A DNA stretch of 63,336 bases, the filler included, from Craspedostauros australis (Eukaryota): assembly GCA_030167865.1 (NCBI GenBank). It is 10 parts of 10 records of this genome, joined end to end, with 100 filler letters (N's around TTAATTAATTAA, not from the genome) between each part and the next. Parts side by side here need not be neighbours in the genome. Positions count along the whole stretch, not along the records: positions 59,995 to 61,471 come from JALAGF010006560.1; positions 61,572 to 63,336 come from JALAGF010006563.1; 8 more parts are not named here. The stretch is one strand, 5' to 3'. Shown piece by piece: positions 59,995 to 63,336 of the stretch. Within the stretch, counting starts at the first letter, position 1. The number at the start of each line of letters is the position of its first letter. The position numbers and the translations under genes were made by a program. Below the pieces are notes generated by a model, which did not search any database, had not been told where the DNA came from, and worked only from the letters and a program-made list of their open reading frames with translations.

Positions 59995-61471
59995 GATGTT
60001 TTTCGTCACAGATTCTCCTCTCCGTGTCGTCTTATTTGTTCCGCTCTGCTTGGCCGTGCGAATGCTCTTCGTCACACCAGTCTCCTCTTGCTTGATTGCC
60101 TTGAGAATGGTCTTCTCCTCGCGGTGTAGTCTTGCAGACCGTTCCTCTTTGATCTCGTCGATCGCGCTTCCTTCTGTGCTAGAGAGGACAGTGGGCGCGC
60201 CCTCTTCCTTCTGTGGTTGAGGTGGAGTCTCACTTGCACCTTCTTCTTGCTTGATAGTTGGATTGGACAGAGGGATGTCTTTCAATTCCTCTTCCTTGCT
60301 CATTCAGCCTGCTGCTCTTGAATGATGTTGTCTTCCTTGCACAATCCGATCCGTGGGCTTGCCCTGATCTAACGTTTATAATCGTGTTGGCAAGTTTTGC
60401 AAACGGATACCTTGCAATCGTGGAAGATGGTGTTGTTGTTTGGTGCTGATTCTCTCTACTATTTCATTACGTTGCTACTCCAATTCTCTTGGTGTACTCT
60501 GTTTCTTTGACCAATGCTCTTGGCGCATCTGTTTGATGGTCCGACTAGGAGTTGGTATGNNNNNNNNNNNNNNNNNNNNNNNNNNNNNNNNNNNNNNNNN
60601 NNNNNNNNNCTTCGTCACACCTGTCTCGTCTTCCTTGATGCCTGTGAAAATGCTCTTCTGCATGCAATGTTGTTGCATGAACTGTTCCTCTTCAATCTCG
60701 TTGATCGCGCTTCCTTCTGTGCTAGAGAGGACAGTGGACGCGCCCTCTTCCTTCTGTGGTTGAGGTGGAGTCTCACTTGCACCTTCTTCTTGCTTGATAG
60801 TTGGATTGGACAGAGGGATGTCTTTCAATTCCTCTTCCTTGCTCATTCAGCCTGCTGCTCTTGAATGATGTTGTCTTCCTTGCACAATCCNATCCGTGGG
60901 CTTGCCCTGATCTAACGTTTATAATCGTGTTGGCAAGTTTTGCAAACGGATACCTTGCAATCGTGGAAGATGGTGTTGTTGTTTGGTGCTGATTCTCTCT
61001 ACTATTTCATTCCGTTGCTACTCCAATTCTCTTGGTGTACTCTGTTTCTTTGACCAATGCTCTTGGCGCATCTGTTTGATGGTCCGACTATGAGTTGGTA
61101 TGCGAGCTACTCTCTCGCTCTTGCTCATGTTCTCTCTCTCTCTCTCTCTTCGTATTGCATGTTCACACCATGCGATATTCCATATTCGATGCGTACTCCG
61201 CATTTCGCTATCTACAGGCTCACTACTCCATGAGGAATTGCCAATGCATCCACACTGTATTCCTCCTTGCACACTTACAATCTTGATGTCCCTTGGCCAT
61301 CAAATCTTTGCATCCTTGATCTGATGTGGAGACAGATGTTGACGTGGTGACACAATGGCATCTTGTCAACATCAGCTGTCAGATTCCAAGGTCCTTGTCA
61401 TTCCACATTCCATCGATGATGTGATGGGTCAGCGAGGGTATTGTCATTTGAGGTTTAGTTGGGAAGTATAT
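59995..61471 (-). repeat. Repetitive element fragment: long non-coding leader then ORF start MSKEEELKDIPLS; ~0.5-kb unit present twice across a 50-N gap
   Basis: 60066-60559 vs 60610-61100 are near-identical except for ~100 bp. The upstream part is homologous to 26725-27125. Confidence 0.6.
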
Positions 61472-61991
61472 NNNNNNNNNNNNNNNNNNNNNNNNNNNNN
61501 NNNNNNNNNNNNNNNTTAATTAATTAANNNNNNNNNNNNNNNNNNNNNNNNNNNNNNNNNNNNNNNNNNNNCAAATACATGGCTGGCTTGTCCTCACCGT
61601 GGACGAAAATGGTGACGTCATCGACGGTCGATGCCAGACTGAGATGGTATCCAGCCGCCTCGATGGTGATGTTGTGAAAGGTTCAGTGTTACGTTCATTC
61701 CTTGTGTTGTCGATGGTTTGGCTCTGGTGTGCGTTTCCCCTTTGTGCGTGGGATGTCAAACAGCACGGTGTTGGTGGTGGCATCCCTACACATCCACTTC
61801 CACGTTCATGGCAATAGCAACACTTGCGAATATGACACAACATAATATTATATCATATAGTATCATATAATANNNNNNNNNNNNNNNNNNNNNNNNNNNN
61901 NNNNNNNNNNNNNNNNNNNNNNNNNNNNNNNNNNNNNNNNNNNNNNNNNNNNNNNNNNNNNNNNNNNNNNNNNNNNNNNNNNNNNNNNNNN

Positions 61992-63336
61992 GGTGTCAAC
62001 TGTAGAAAAGATACAGAAGTGAGGCCAACAGCAGCAACAATGGCAGGCAAAGCAATGGTAAATCATAAGGAGACTACCAACGGCATACGCGGAGGAGGAC
62101 AGTCACAAACAAGGGCTGTCAAGACCATGCCAAGGAAGGCTGGGAGCAAGAAACGGGATANNNNNNNNNNNNNNNNNNNNNNNNNNNNNNNNNNNNNNNN
62201 NNNNNNNNNNAAGACCATGCCAAGGAAGGCTGGGAGCAAGAAACGGGATAAGATGCTGACACTTGTGGAAGGAGAAAACAAGGCAGGAGTCTCCGTTGCA
62301 CGTAAGACAACGATAAGCATGTGGAAATCTCTGCCAGGAGAAATCCACAAGGTAGCTGTTTCGTTCTCCTACCGTGAAGTGATGGCAGAGGAAGGCAGGT
62401 CGATCCATATCCTGGTGAAAGGGATGATGAATCAACGATAAAGGTGGACCGGGAAGGCGACTGTGAAAACAAGACACCATCCTGGTGCAGGAAGTGCAGG
62501 TGTTCATCAGCATGGTCATCGATGGAAGAAAAAAAAATTCGGTGTAGCGCAAGTGCCCAAAACAGACGAATGACGACAGCAGATCCAACAACTTGCTGCT
62601 GACTTGAGCATGACAGATCCNAACATGATGCTGAAAGACATGATGATTCCCAATTCAGGAGGGCTCCTGAGGAAGACTGAGATCACCATTGCGCGGAGAG
62701 CGGCTGTGAATGTGTTGGGGTCACGGTACCCAGACATGACGTTCGTTCCCCAAGGCAAAGATGCAGTAATGGGGGAAACCGAAAGCAGCATGATGAGCAC
62801 AACCACAGAAGGGAGTGGAAAGAAGGGAAAGACGGGAGATAGCGACATCGTCCAACCAAAAAACCTCAAGCAGAAGAAAATCAAATTCATGACCAGCACA
62901 CCAACCATGATAGAGGTGGAGGGACAGCGTTTGGCAAAGGCGATGGAGCACAACGCAAGTAGTGAGAGTGAGGAGTCCGACGAAGATGAGGAGTCATGCA
63001 AGAGTGAAGGGAGCACAAGCAGTGCNAAAACGGATGAAGACAGTGATAGCNATGCATCCGTGGAGAGCAAGNCCACGCATACGCTGAAGAAAGGCATGGT
63101 AGNNAAGAGATTTGACATGACAGTACTGGTCAAATCAGGCGGCAATCCAGTGAAGAGGTATCTGAAGCCACTTAAAAATGGCTAGGGGCGCTCAAGGATC
63201 ATGACGACACAATCTTTCTCATGGTGTGGAAGGTGCAAGACACCACCGAGGCGATCGGCAAAGCCAACCAATTTCCAACAACTGAGAAGGAGCTGATGGT
63301 GTATGTGAGCAGGATGAAGGCAACATTGAATGGTCG
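61992..63336 (+). pseudogene. Degenerate ORF1 of a second Ambal-like LINE family (runs out of window)
   Basis: RFDMTVLVK..(frameshift)..KWLGALKDHDDTIFLMVWK..AIGKANQFPTTEKELMVYV aligns by eye with RFEMRLKIP..QWWEEAKEMDKSLVIRPWY..CISTTEGVPSQWKDLRVYV of ORF1 at 5.56-5.77 kb. Confidence 0.6.

Overview
Eukaryotic DNA, most likely from a diatom. This is inferred from the CoDi-type copia, the Ambal-like LINE, the receptor guanylate cyclase, the M11 protease and the nuclear NusG-like gene. The window is not contiguous: nine 100-bp linkers (N44-TTAATTAATTAA-N44) join ten separate scaffolds, and several internal 50-N gaps hide duplicated overlaps. Segment 1 is a nested transposon complex. A copia element carrying a chromodomain-like module is interrupted at its 5' side by the end of a mariner-like transposon. 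Inside its RNase H region sits a complete 8.4-kb non-LTR retrotransposon (ORF1; APE-RT-RNase H-zinc finger ORF2) with a 15-bp TSD and a TTTA tail. Downstream is an ankyrin-BTB gene whose 102-bp repeats are near-identical except at a few ligand-facing codons; a second paralog with different residues at those codons lies at 58.1-59.9 kb. Other segments hold a spliced receptor guanylate cyclase, a second dead copia, a secreted M11 metalloprotease with a Ser/Pro stalk, a ~43-repeat ankyrin protein, a Lys/Ser-repeat protein, an Ada3-like gene and a NusG-like gene. There are also outward-facing DNA-transposon termini and further retroelement fragments. Repeated sequences show pervasive C-to-T decay. 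All family assignments come from motif recognition by eye; no searches were run.
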